DNA of 45,903 nt. Source: Candidatus Limnocylindria bacterium. Lineage in GTDB: Bacteria > Chloroflexota > Limnocylindria > QHBO01. The notes beneath the pieces are model-generated. The model was not told the origin of the DNA. It ran no database searches and was given only the letters and a program-made list of their open reading frames with translations. The stretch spans positions 1 through 45,903 of the forward strand of contig DASVFG010000055.1 of assembly GCA_036380155.1 (NCBI GenBank), given 5' to 3'. Below, one piece after another: positions 25,452 through 32,855 of this stretch (positions are counted from its first letter, which is position 1; every line of letters begins with the position of its first letter). The position numbers were made by a program, and so were the translations under genes.

Positions 25452-25457
25452 CACACT
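25452..25457 (+). promoter_or_regulatory. weak -10-like hexamer CACACT, 6 nt upstream of the mutase ATG 25464
   Basis: tccCACACTgcgccgATG. Back-to-back with the TAGGAT box inside a 63-nt divergent spacer. Confidence 0.25.
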
Positions 25458-25463
25458 GCGCCG

Positions 25464-27209
25464 ATGACCGACAACCGCCGCTGGACCGAGCACCTGGAGC
25501 GCTGGAGGCGGGAGCGCCTCGATCCCGCCCTCGAGCGTGCACCCGAACGGCGCGAGCGGTTCCTCACCCAGTCCGGGGTCGAGACCGACCGGCTCTTCAC
25601 GCCCGCCGACCTCGCCGATCCGGCGAACGACCCCGATGCGGGGCGTCCGCGCTACCGGTTCAGCCCGCCGGCCGATGCCGGGGCCGGCTGGGACGAGATC
25701 GACGACCTGGGCCTGCCGGGCGACCCGCCGTTCACGCGCGGCATCCACCCGACCGGCCATCGCGGCCGTCTGTGGACGATGCGGATGTTCGCCGGCTTCG
25801 GCACCGCCGAGGACACGAACGCGCGGTTCAAGAAGCTCATCGCCGCCGGCGGCACGGGCCTGTCGATCGCCTACGACATGCCGACCCTCTACGGCTACGA
25901 CCACGACGAGCCGATGGCCGAGGGCGAGTTCGGGACCTGCGGCGTCGCGGTCAGCTCGCTGGCGGACATGGAGCTGCTGCTCGAGGGCCTTCCCGTCGGG
26001 GAGATCAGCACCTCGATGACCATCAACTCGCCTGCCGCCATGATCTGGGCGATGTACATCGTGGCCGCCGAGAAGATGGGCGTGCCGCGCGCCCAGCTGG
26101 CCGGCACGCTCCAGAACGACATCCTCAAGGAGTTCATCGCCCAGAAGGAGTACATCTTCCCGCCGGCGCCGTCGCTGAAGCTCGTGACCGATACCGTCGA
26201 GTTCGGGACGCGCGAGATGCCGCGCTGGAACACGATCAGCATCAGCGGCTACCACATCCGCGAGGCGGGCTCGACCGCCGTCCAGGAGCTGGCCTTCACG
26301 ATCGCGGACGGCATCGCGTACGTGGAGGACGCCCTCGCTCGCGGGCTGCGGTTCGACGACTTCGCACCGCGTCTGTCGTACTTCTTCAACTCGCACAACG
26401 ACTTCTTCGAGGAGATCGCGAAGTTCCGGGCAGCGCGGCGCATCTGGTACAAGCTCTGTCGCGAGCGCTTCGGCGCCGAGAACGAGCGCTCCACCTGGAT
26501 GCGGTTCCACACCCAGACTGCGGGCGTCTCGCTCACCGCGCAGCAGCCACTGAACAATCTCACCCGCGTCGCGATCCAGGCGCTGGCCGGCGTGCTCGGC
26601 GGCACGCAGTCGCTCCACACCGATGCGTACGACGAGGCGTGGGCGGTCCCGTCGGAGGATGCCGCCCTCCTCGCCCTCCGCCAGCAGCAGATCCTCGCCG
26701 AGGAGTCGGGTGTCGCCAACGTCGTCGACCCGCTCGGTGGCTCGTACTTCGTCGAGACCCTCACCAACCGCACCGAGCAGGCGGCGTGGCGCTACATCGC
26801 CCAGATCGACGAGATGGGTGGCATGGTGCGCGCGCTGGAGGCCGGCTTCCCGCAGGCCGAGATCGCCGATGCGGCCTACGAGCAGCAGCGGGAGATCGAG
26901 GCCCACGAGCGTGAGATCGTGGGCGTCACGAAGTACGCCGATCCCGACGAGGAGCTCCGCATCCCGCTCCTCGAGATCAGCAAGGTCCAGGAACGGCGGC
27001 ATCTCGACCGGTTGGCGCGCGTCCGCGCCGAACGGGACGCCGACGTCCACGCCACCGCGATCCGCCGTCTCGAGCAGGAGGCCCGGGCCGGCGACATCAA
27101 TCTCATGCCGGCGATCATCGCCGCGGTCGAGGCGTACGCCACCATCGGCGAGATGTGCGGCGTCCTCCGTCGTGTCTACGGCGAGTACAAGGAGCCGCTC
27201 GCGGTCTGA
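25464..27209 (+). CDS. B12-dependent acyl-CoA mutase large (catalytic, TIM-barrel) subunit; isobutyryl-CoA-mutase-like substrate signature
   Basis: 581 aa. [79 protein letters not shown]. No C-terminal B12 domain. Start at internal ATG 25464. Confidence 0.92.
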   Translation: MTDNRRWTEHLERWRRERLDPALERAPERRERFLTQSGVETDRLFTPADLADPANDPDAGRPRYRFSPPADAGAGWDEIDDLGLPGDPPFTRGIHPTGHRGRLWTMRMFAGFGTAEDTNARFKKLIAAGGTGLSIAYDMPTLYGYDHDEPMAEGEFGTCGVAVSSLADMELLLEGLPVGEISTSMTINSPAAMIWAMYIVAAEKMGVPRAQLAGTLQNDILKEFIAQKEYIFPPAPSLKLVTDTVEFGTREMPRWNTISISGYHIREAGSTAVQELAFTIADGIAYVEDALARGLRFDDFAPRLSYFFNSHNDFFEEIAKFRAARRIWYKLCRERFGAENERSTWMRFHTQTAGVSLTAQQPLNNLTRVAIQALAGVLGGTQSLHTDAYDEAWAVPSEDAALLALRQQQILAEESGVANVVDPLGGSYFVETLTNRTEQAAWRYIAQIDEMGGMVRALEAGFPQAEIADAAYEQQREIEAHEREIVGVTKYADPDEELRIPLLEISKVQERRHLDRLARVRAERDADVHATAIRRLEQEARAGDINLMPAIIAAVEAYATIGEMCGVLRRVYGEYKEPLAV

Positions 27210-27336
27210 GCCGGTGCGCGAGGAACGCGGCGGGCCGTTGGCTCCGGTCGGGCACCGAGGCCGACAGCGGCAGGGCACGCCGGCTCCCGCCGCGCTCCCC
27301 CGCTCGCGCCAGTCTGGCCGGCGCCGCTTACCGCCG

Positions 27337-27350
27337 GCTTATCGGCCGAT
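27337..27350. promoter_or_regulatory. GCTTATCGGCCGAT motif (contains 10-bp palindrome ATCGGCCGAT), copy 1
   Basis: Identical 14-mer recurs at 32806-32819. Ends 24 nt upstream of the TATCCT -10 box of the exonuclease gene. Confidence 0.5.
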
Positions 27351-27374
27351 GACGCCGCGACGCCGGGACGCCGC

Positions 27375-27380
27375 TATCCT
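27375..27380 (+). promoter_or_regulatory. -10-like hexamer TATCCT, 11 nt upstream of ATG 27392
   Basis: gccgcTATCCTcgaccgcacgcATG, no Shine-Dalgarno. Confidence 0.35.
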
Positions 27381-27391
27381 CGACCGCACGC

Positions 27392-28276
27392 ATGAAGCTC
27401 CATCTCGTCGACGCCACGTTCGAGCTGTTCCGCGCGTTCTACTCGCGCCCGCCACGCCGCGCGCCGGACGGCCGACCGGTGAACGCGGTCCAGGGGCTCG
27501 TCGACTCCATGCTGTCCCTGCTGCGGGAACCTGACGTGACGCATATCGGCGCGGCCACCGACTACGTCATCGAGTCCTGGCGCAACGACCTGTTCCGCGG
27601 GTACAAGTCGAGCGCCGGCGTCGACCGCGAGCTCATGGCGCAGTTCCGCGATGCCGAACGGGGGCTTCGGGCGCTGGGCATCCCGGTGTGGGCGATGGTC
27701 GAGGACGAGGCAGACGACGCGATCGCCGCAGCCATCGACCGTTTCGGCGGGGACCCACGGATCGAGCAGATCGTCATCTGCTCCGTCGACAAGGACCTCG
27801 GCCAGCTCGTCGAAGGAAAGCGGATCGTGCTCCGCGATCGGATGCGCAAGGTGGAGTACGACGAGGACGGCATCGTCGAGAAGTTCGGCATCCGACCCTC
27901 GAGCATTCCTGACTACCTCGCCCTCGTCGGGGACAGCTCGGACGGGTTCCCGGGCCTGCCGGGCTGGGGCGCGAAGTCCGCCGGCACGGTGCTCGCGAAG
28001 TTCCCGCACCTCGAGGACATCCCCGCATCGGTCCTCGAGTGGGAGGTCGACATCCGGAACGCGTCGCGCCTCGCGGCCACGCTCGAGCAGCAGCGGGCCG
28101 ACGCCATCCTCTACCGCCGCCTGGCGACGCTGAACCGGGACGCGCGGATCGACGATGTCACCGGCACGCTCGACGAGCTCGAGTGGCAGGGTGTGCCGCG
28201 GGCGGAGTTCGTGGCGCTCTGCGACGAGCTCGGATTCTACACCGTCCGCGAGCGCGTCCATCGCTGGGCGGACTGA
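27392..28276 (+). CDS. 5'-3' exonuclease / flap endonuclease (stand-alone Pol I N-terminal-domain homologue)
   Basis: HLVDATFELFRAFY, ATDYVIESWRNDLFRGYK, EDEADDAIAA, SVDKDLGQL, LVGDSSDGFPGLPGWGAKSA (H3TH). Confidence 0.92.
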   Translation: MKLHLVDATFELFRAFYSRPPRRAPDGRPVNAVQGLVDSMLSLLREPDVTHIGAATDYVIESWRNDLFRGYKSSAGVDRELMAQFRDAERGLRALGIPVWAMVEDEADDAIAAAIDRFGGDPRIEQIVICSVDKDLGQLVEGKRIVLRDRMRKVEYDEDGIVEKFGIRPSSIPDYLALVGDSSDGFPGLPGWGAKSAGTVLAKFPHLEDIPASVLEWEVDIRNASRLAATLEQQRADAILYRRLATLNRDARIDDVTGTLDELEWQGVPRAEFVALCDELGFYTVRERVHRWAD

Positions 28277-28291
28277 CCCGATCTGATCGGG
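28277..28291. promoter_or_regulatory. 15-nt perfect palindrome CCCGATCTGATCGGG directly after the exonuclease stop
   Basis: Seen directly. Followed by a second hairpin CCCCAC-11 nt-GTGGGG (28299-28321). Terminator or operator in the 81-nt spacer. Confidence 0.35.
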
Positions 28292-28343
28292 TACGGGACC
28301 CCACTGGTACGTTCGGTGGGGTGAAGTGCGGTCGGGCGATCGG

Positions 28344-28349
28344 TACGGT
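28344..28349 (+). promoter_or_regulatory. -10-like hexamer TACGGT, 8 nt upstream of ATG 28358
   Basis: atcggTACGGTcaccgcccATG, no Shine-Dalgarno. Confidence 0.35.
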
Positions 28350-28357
28350 CACCGCCC

Positions 28358-29680
28358 ATGCACCGATTCCGTCGCGTGGCGAGTGCGCTCGCCGCGATCC
28401 TGCTCGTCGCCGTCGTGCTCCCGATGCGACCTCCCGCCCCGGCTGTCGCCGCCGGTGAGTGCGGAGCGTATCGGTCCGAGACCGTCCCGCCGGCGACCAT
28501 CCGCGTGTTCCGCACCGCCAGCGGCGCGGTGGAGACGGTCGACTTCCGCACCTACGTGAAGAACGTCCTCTCGCGCGAGTGGATCTCGTCGTGGACGACC
28601 GAGTCGATCCGTGCCGGTGCCCTCGCGGTGAAGCACTACGCCTGGTACCAGGTCCTCCACTGGCGCGGGTACACGAACACCGCCGGTCAGTGCTTCGACG
28701 TCTTCGACTCGACGCGTGACCAGCACTACGATCCGTCGCGCCCCACGTACGCGGCCATGGCGTCGGCCGTCGATGCGACGTGGAGCACGCTGGCCCTCAA
28801 GGCGGGCCGCGTGTTCGCGACCTACTACAACGCCGGCGCGACGAACGAGCCGTGCGGCGCGAACGTGAACGGCTGGCAGATGTTCCAGTGGGGCTCGCAG
28901 GCCTGCGGGCTCGCGGGAAGGTCGGCCGCGCAGATCATGGCGACCTACTACAGCGGGGTGACCGTCTCCGCCGCGCCGGCGCCGGTGCCGCCCAGCGCGA
29001 CCCCGGTGCCGACCCCGGTGCCCACCCCGCGACCCACGCCGGCGCCCACGCCGCGGCCCAGCCCGACACCCGCACCGACCGCCGTCCCGACGAACGGTGC
29101 GACCCCCGCTCCGACCGCCGTCCCGACGCCGACCCCGACTCCGGTCTCCACACCGATGCCGACACCGGTGCCGACCGTGCCGCCTGCCCCGTCGCAGCCG
29201 GGCGGTGGCCAGTCCGGCATCGTGGCACCCCCGCCGCCACCGCCGGCGAACCCGGAGCCGATCGTGGTGCCGGTGGAGGGTGCCGCGGCGCCGACCGCGC
29301 CGACGGCGGCGAGCACGGTGCCGCGCACGACGCCGCGCATCGCTCCGGTGGCGTCCCGCATCGTCGCGTTCGAGGCGATGGCCGATGCGCGTGACGACCG
29401 CGCCGACACGGAACGGCCGCACGGGGCAGCACAGGCAAGCGCAACGCGCTGGACGACGTTCCGCGCCCTCGTGGCGCAGCTCATCGCGTCGATCTCGAAC
29501 GACCTGGAAGACCGACCCTCAGTCGTCGGTGAGCAGCCGGCCCACGAGGAGCTCGGCCGCGGCGACATCCTGAATGGCGAGCCCGACCGACTTGAAGGCG
29601 GTGATCGCCTCGGGGTCACGGGAGCCGGCCCACGCGCGATCGACGGTTCCGATCTCCACGAGCTCCGACTCCGCCAGTAG
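28358..29680 (+). CDS. secreted SpoIID/LytB-domain protein with long Pro/Thr-rich linker and C-terminal extension
   Basis: Signal peptide [21 protein letters not shown]. SpoIID-like core [37 protein letters not shown]-rich tract about aa 205-300. Confidence 0.85.
   Translation: MHRFRRVASALAAILLVAVVLPMRPPAPAVAAGECGAYRSETVPPATIRVFRTASGAVETVDFRTYVKNVLSREWISSWTTESIRAGALAVKHYAWYQVLHWRGYTNTAGQCFDVFDSTRDQHYDPSRPTYAAMASAVDATWSTLALKAGRVFATYYNAGATNEPCGANVNGWQMFQWGSQACGLAGRSAAQIMATYYSGVTVSAAPAPVPPSATPVPTPVPTPRPTPAPTPRPSPTPAPTAVPTNGATPAPTAVPTPTPTPVSTPMPTPVPTVPPAPSQPGGGQSGIVAPPPPPPANPEPIVVPVEGAAAPTAPTAASTVPRTTPRIAPVASRIVAFEAMADARDDRADTERPHGAAQASATRWTTFRALVAQLIASISNDLEDRPSVVGEQPAHEELGRGDILNGEPDRLEGGDRLGVTGAGPRAIDGSDLHELRLRQ
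28970..29257 (+). repeat. low-complexity Pro/Thr/Ala-coding tract inside the SpoIID-like gene
   Basis: Encodes [41 protein letters not shown]...[10 protein letters not shown]. Degenerate CCG/ACN/CCN repeats at the DNA level. Confidence 0.8.
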
Positions 29681-30484
29681 CCCGCGTTCGATGGCCGCCA
29701 CGAGGTCACCGGCCTCGGCGAGCGCCGCCGCTCGGCTGTCGACGGCGACGACCGCCGCGACCCCGAACAGCTCCGGCGGGAGCTCCACCATCCCGAGCCG
29801 GAAGGCGCCGATGCCGTTCACGTGCGCGCCGGGCGCCAGCCAGGCCGCGTCGAACACCGGCTCGGTGGCGGTCGTCGCGCAGCACACCACGCCGGCCCCG
29901 CGCACGGCGTCCTCGGCGGAGGCGACGGCGCGGACCGCAACTCCGGACACCTCGTCGCCAAGGCGCGCCGCGAACGCCTCGCGACCCGCGGGATCGCGGG
30001 AGAACACGCGGACCTCGGTGATCGACGGCCGTGCCGCGAGGACCGCATGGACCTGCCAGACCGCCTGGGCTCCGGCGCCGATGACCGCCAAACTCGACGC
30101 GTCAGTCCGCGCGAGCAGGCGCGTCGCGACGCCGGACGCCGCGCCGGTGCGCATCGCCGTGAGCGTCGCGCCGTCGATGAGCGCGCGCGGCGTCCCCGTG
30201 GCCGCATCGATCCAGACGACGACCGCCTGCACGGTCGGCCGGCCCGCGGCCGCGTTGCCCGGCACGATCGTCACGAGCTTCACCGTCGTCCCCGCCCCGC
30301 CGCGCCGTAACCCGGGCATGAGGAGCAGGTCGCCGTCGTCGAGTTCGACGTGGGAGCGCAGCGGCGATCGGTCGCGGCCGCTCGCCACGTCCCGGAACGC
30401 GGCCTCGACCGCGTCGAGGAGGTCGCCGATCGGCACGGCCGATCGGATCGCATCGGCGTCGAGGAACGGGAGGGCGGGGCTCAT
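29519..30484 (-). CDS. ornithine cyclodeaminase / mu-crystallin family protein
   Basis: 321 aa. [19 protein letters not shown], Rossmann [23 protein letters not shown] overlap with the upstream MFS stop. Confidence 0.9.
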   Translation of the reverse strand: MSPALPFLDADAIRSAVPIGDLLDAVEAAFRDVASGRDRSPLRSHVELDDGDLLLMPGLRRGGAGTTVKLVTIVPGNAAAGRPTVQAVVVWIDAATGTPRALIDGATLTAMRTGAASGVATRLLARTDASSLAVIGAGAQAVWQVHAVLAARPSITEVRVFSRDPAGREAFAARLGDEVSGVAVRAVASAEDAVRGAGVVCCATTATEPVFDAAWLAPGAHVNGIGAFRLGMVELPPELFGVAAVVAVDSRAAALAEAGDLVAAIERGLLAESELVEIGTVDRAWAGSRDPEAITAFKSVGLAIQDVAAAELLVGRLLTDD

Positions 30485-31734
30485 CGGCCGTCGAGTCTAC
30501 CGTCGAGCCCACCGGCCCGACCGGAGAGCAGCGGCCGCGAGAAGGCGATCCACGCGATCCCGGCGGCGACGATGAGCCCCGCCATGACCCAGACCGCGAC
30601 CCGTGGCGGGAACGCATCGGCGAGCACCCCGGCGGCGAGCGTGGAGACGGCGATCGTCAGCGTCACCAGGCCGTAGTCGAGCGAGAACACCCGTCCACGG
30701 ATGCCGTCCGGCGTGGCGCGCTGCAGGCCGAGCGTGCTCAGCGTCCACTGCGCGCCGCCGCCGCAGTGCGCCGCGAACACGCAGGCCGCCGCGACCCACA
30801 GCGCGGGCGACAGCGGAAACACCAGGTACCCGCCGGCGGCGAGCGCGAACGACACCGCGATGCCTCGGACCAGGCCGCGGTCGTCGGTGCCCATCACGGC
30901 GCGCGCGACGAAGGGGCCGACCAGCGCGCCGAGCCCGCGAGCGGCGAAGAGGACGCCGATCCCGGCGTCGCCGGCTCCGAACACGTCGCGTCCGAAGACC
31001 GCGTACAGCGCGATCACGCCGGTGCCGACGCCGAACGAGGTCTTCGACAGCAGGAAGGCCGCGACCTGGTGGGTGGACCGTGCGAAGGTGATCGCCGCCC
31101 CGATGCCGCCAGGCGCTGCGGCCGTGCCACCCGGGTCAGGCGGCGCCCGCAGCGGCCGCCGAATTCCGAGGATGAGCCATGCCGACACGGCGAAGCTGGC
31201 CGCATTGGTCAGAAACGCCGCGTCGCGACCCAGTGTGGCGGCCACGATGCCGCCGAGCCCGGCGCCGACGGCCAGCATCGTCCCCCACGCCGAGCCCACG
31301 AGGACGTTGGCGGTGGGCAGGTCCTCCTCGTCGACGAGGTTCGGCAGCGACGCGGACGAGGTGGGCTCGAAGACCGCCGCCGCCACCGCGAGCAGCACGA
31401 CCGCCACGAACGCGACCCACAGCGTCTCGGGCTCGCGGGCGAGGAGGAAGGCGAGCGCCACCGGTACCCGCGCCAGGTCCGAGCCAACGAGCAGGAGACG
31501 CCGGTCGAACCGATCGGCCAGCATGCCCGCCAGCGGCGAGGCCAGGGCGAACCCGCCGGTCTGGAGGACGAGCACGAGCGACGCGACCGCCGCGGAGCCG
31601 CTCAGCTCGTAGGCCAGACCGATGAGCGCGACCGTCGCGAACCAGTCACCCGCAAAGCTCGTGAGCTGGGCCGCGTACAGGCGCGCGAACGCCGGATTGG
31701 TGCGAAGCAGGCGGAGGTACGGCACGATGCGCAT
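30481..31734 (-). CDS. MFS transporter (MFS_3 / EntS-like)
   Basis: About 12 TM helices. N-terminus YLRLLRTNPAFARLYAAQLTSFAGDWF and LADRFDRRLLL typical of this MFS subfamily. Start ATG 31734 (alternative 31749 or 31785). Confidence 0.88.
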   Translation of the reverse strand: MRIVPYLRLLRTNPAFARLYAAQLTSFAGDWFATVALIGLAYELSGSAAVASLVLVLQTGGFALASPLAGMLADRFDRRLLLVGSDLARVPVALAFLLAREPETLWVAFVAVVLLAVAAAVFEPTSSASLPNLVDEEDLPTANVLVGSAWGTMLAVGAGLGGIVAATLGRDAAFLTNAASFAVSAWLILGIRRPLRAPPDPGGTAAAPGGIGAAITFARSTHQVAAFLLSKTSFGVGTGVIALYAVFGRDVFGAGDAGIGVLFAARGLGALVGPFVARAVMGTDDRGLVRGIAVSFALAAGGYLVFPLSPALWVAAACVFAAHCGGGAQWTLSTLGLQRATPDGIRGRVFSLDYGLVTLTIAVSTLAAGVLADAFPPRVAVWVMAGLIVAAGIAWIAFSRPLLSGRAGGLDGRLDGR

Positions 31735-31794
31735 GGGCGCCGCGATCATGCCACGCGGCACGGCGCTTGCGAGGCATCGGCGCAAGGAGGACCC

Positions 31795-32142
31795 ATGATC
31801 GACAACGTTCGCGACGACCTGACCCGGCGGGCCGATACGGCGCGCGGTGAGCTCGACGCCCTGATCTGGCTGGCGCGAACCGCCGTCATCGGCGCGGTGC
31901 TCGGCGCGATCTACGTGGAGCTGCGCAAGGCGCCCGAAGAGCGGACCTGGAATGGCAAGCTCCTCGGCGTGGTGCCGTACGACTTCCGCATGCCATCGGT
32001 CGAGAAGGTGCGCCAGGCGTACTGGAACCCACGCTCGCCGAAGCTGTTCACCGACCGCCCGCTGGGCGTCGGCTGGTCCGTCAACATCCCCACCGTGCTG
32101 CGCCGTCTCGGCGTCCGTCGGGAGTTCACCAAGGGCCGCTGA
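31795..32142 (+). CDS. small membrane protein, DUF5808-like
   Basis: 115 aa. One TM helix, then VPYDFRMPS...WNPRSPKLFTDRPLGVGWSVNIP. AAGGAGG Shine-Dalgarno at 31784-31790. Confidence 0.8.
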   Translation: MIDNVRDDLTRRADTARGELDALIWLARTAVIGAVLGAIYVELRKAPEERTWNGKLLGVVPYDFRMPSVEKVRQAYWNPRSPKLFTDRPLGVGWSVNIPTVLRRLGVRREFTKGR

Positions 32143-32153
32143 CCGAGACGCGC

Positions 32154-32159
32154 TAGGAT
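32154..32159 (+). promoter_or_regulatory. -10-like hexamer TAGGAT, 9 nt upstream of ATG 32169
   Basis: gcgcTAGGATcgggaccacATG, no Shine-Dalgarno. Confidence 0.4.
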
Positions 32160-32168
32160 CGGGACCAC

Positions 32169-32615
32169 ATGAACTGGTTCCCGATCCTGCTCGTCGTCCA
32201 CATCGTGCTCGCCGTGGGTCTGCTGCTGCCGAGCGTGCTGCTGCCCTTCGTCCTGCGTCGCAGCACGGGTGAGCCGGGGCCGGTGACCCGGGCGCTCATG
32301 GCGATGCAGGGCACGGGAACCCTCGTCATCGGCGTCGGACTGGCGATCACCGGCATCGCGATGCTGTGGATCCTCGGCCCGGAGCTGCTCTCGCAGCCGT
32401 GGCTGCTCGTGGCGCTCTCGCTCTACGCCATCAACCTCGCGGTCGCGGCGCTCATCGCACGGCCGAACCTGCGCCGCCTCGTCGGCCTGCGTGGCAGCGG
32501 CGACGACGACACCTGGCGGCAACGCGCGCGCCAGCAGCGGCTGGTCGCCTACGGGATGGCGGGCGTCATCGGCGTGATCGGCTTCCTCATGAGCACGAAG
32601 CCGACGCTCTGGTAG
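32169..32615 (+). CDS. four-TM hypothetical membrane protein (DUF2269-like)
   Basis: 148-aa ORF with four clear hydrophobic helices and high GC3. Confidence 0.8.
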   Translation: MNWFPILLVVHIVLAVGLLLPSVLLPFVLRRSTGEPGPVTRALMAMQGTGTLVIGVGLAITGIAMLWILGPELLSQPWLLVALSLYAINLAVAALIARPNLRRLVGLRGSGDDDTWRQRARQQRLVAYGMAGVIGVIGFLMSTKPTLW

Positions 32616-32619
32616 CCGA

Positions 32620-32724
32620 TCAGAACCTCGGCAGCGGCAGGGGTCGGCCCATGACGAAGAAGATGCCGGCCACGATGAGGAACATCGCGATCGCGAAGAA
32701 GAGCAACCATCGCAGAACTTCCAT
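32620..32724 (-). CDS. candidate 34-aa single-TM small protein
   Basis: MEVLRWLLFFAIAMFLIVAGIFFVMGRPLPLPRF. GGAG 7 nt upstream of ATG 32724. Own TAGAAT -10 box at 32778-32783. High GC3. Confidence 0.5.
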   Translation of the reverse strand: MEVLRWLLFFAIAMFLIVAGIFFVMGRPLPLPRF

Positions 32725-32777
32725 GGACGACTCCGTAGGCGACGTGGCCGGCAGCTGATCCCCCTGCGTCGGAGGGC

Positions 32778-32783
32778 ATTCTA
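32778..32783 (-). promoter_or_regulatory. -10 box TAGAAT (minus strand) for the small TM ORF
   Basis: Revcomp of ggcATTCTAtcgg gives cgaTAGAATgcc. It would produce a ~45-nt leader carrying the GGAG. Confidence 0.4.
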
Positions 32784-32805
32784 TCGGTCCGTGTCCAGCC
32801 CCCGT

Positions 32806-32819
32806 GCTTATCGGCCGAT
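32806..32819. promoter_or_regulatory. GCTTATCGGCCGAT motif (10-bp palindrome ATCGGCCGAT), copy 2, centred between two divergent TAGAAT boxes
   Basis: Identical to 27337-27350. Ends 23 nt upstream of the TAGAAT at 32843. Confidence 0.5.
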
Positions 32820-32842
32820 CGGGAGCCGCGCGCAATCCCCTC

Positions 32843-32848
32843 TAGAAT
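32843..32848 (+). promoter_or_regulatory. -10 box TAGAAT, 7 nt upstream of GTG 32856 (leaderless-type)
   Basis: cccctcTAGAATtcagcgcGTG, no Shine-Dalgarno. Confidence 0.5.
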
Positions 32849-32855
32849 TCAGCGC

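Noticed and set aside
28970-29257. Repetitive DNA that might be a CRISPR-like or tandem-repeat array.
   Set aside because: The repeats are degenerate, have no regular unit/spacer structure, and lie in frame within a CDS encoding a Pro/Thr linker.
32841-32850. Adjacent XbaI and EcoRI sites (TCTAGAATTC), which look like a cloning scar or engineered junction.
   Set aside because: The same bases form a TAGAAT -10 box at the correct distance from the GTG start, and a mirror TAGAAT lies on the other strand. The flanking sequence is native-looking with no vector-like sequence.
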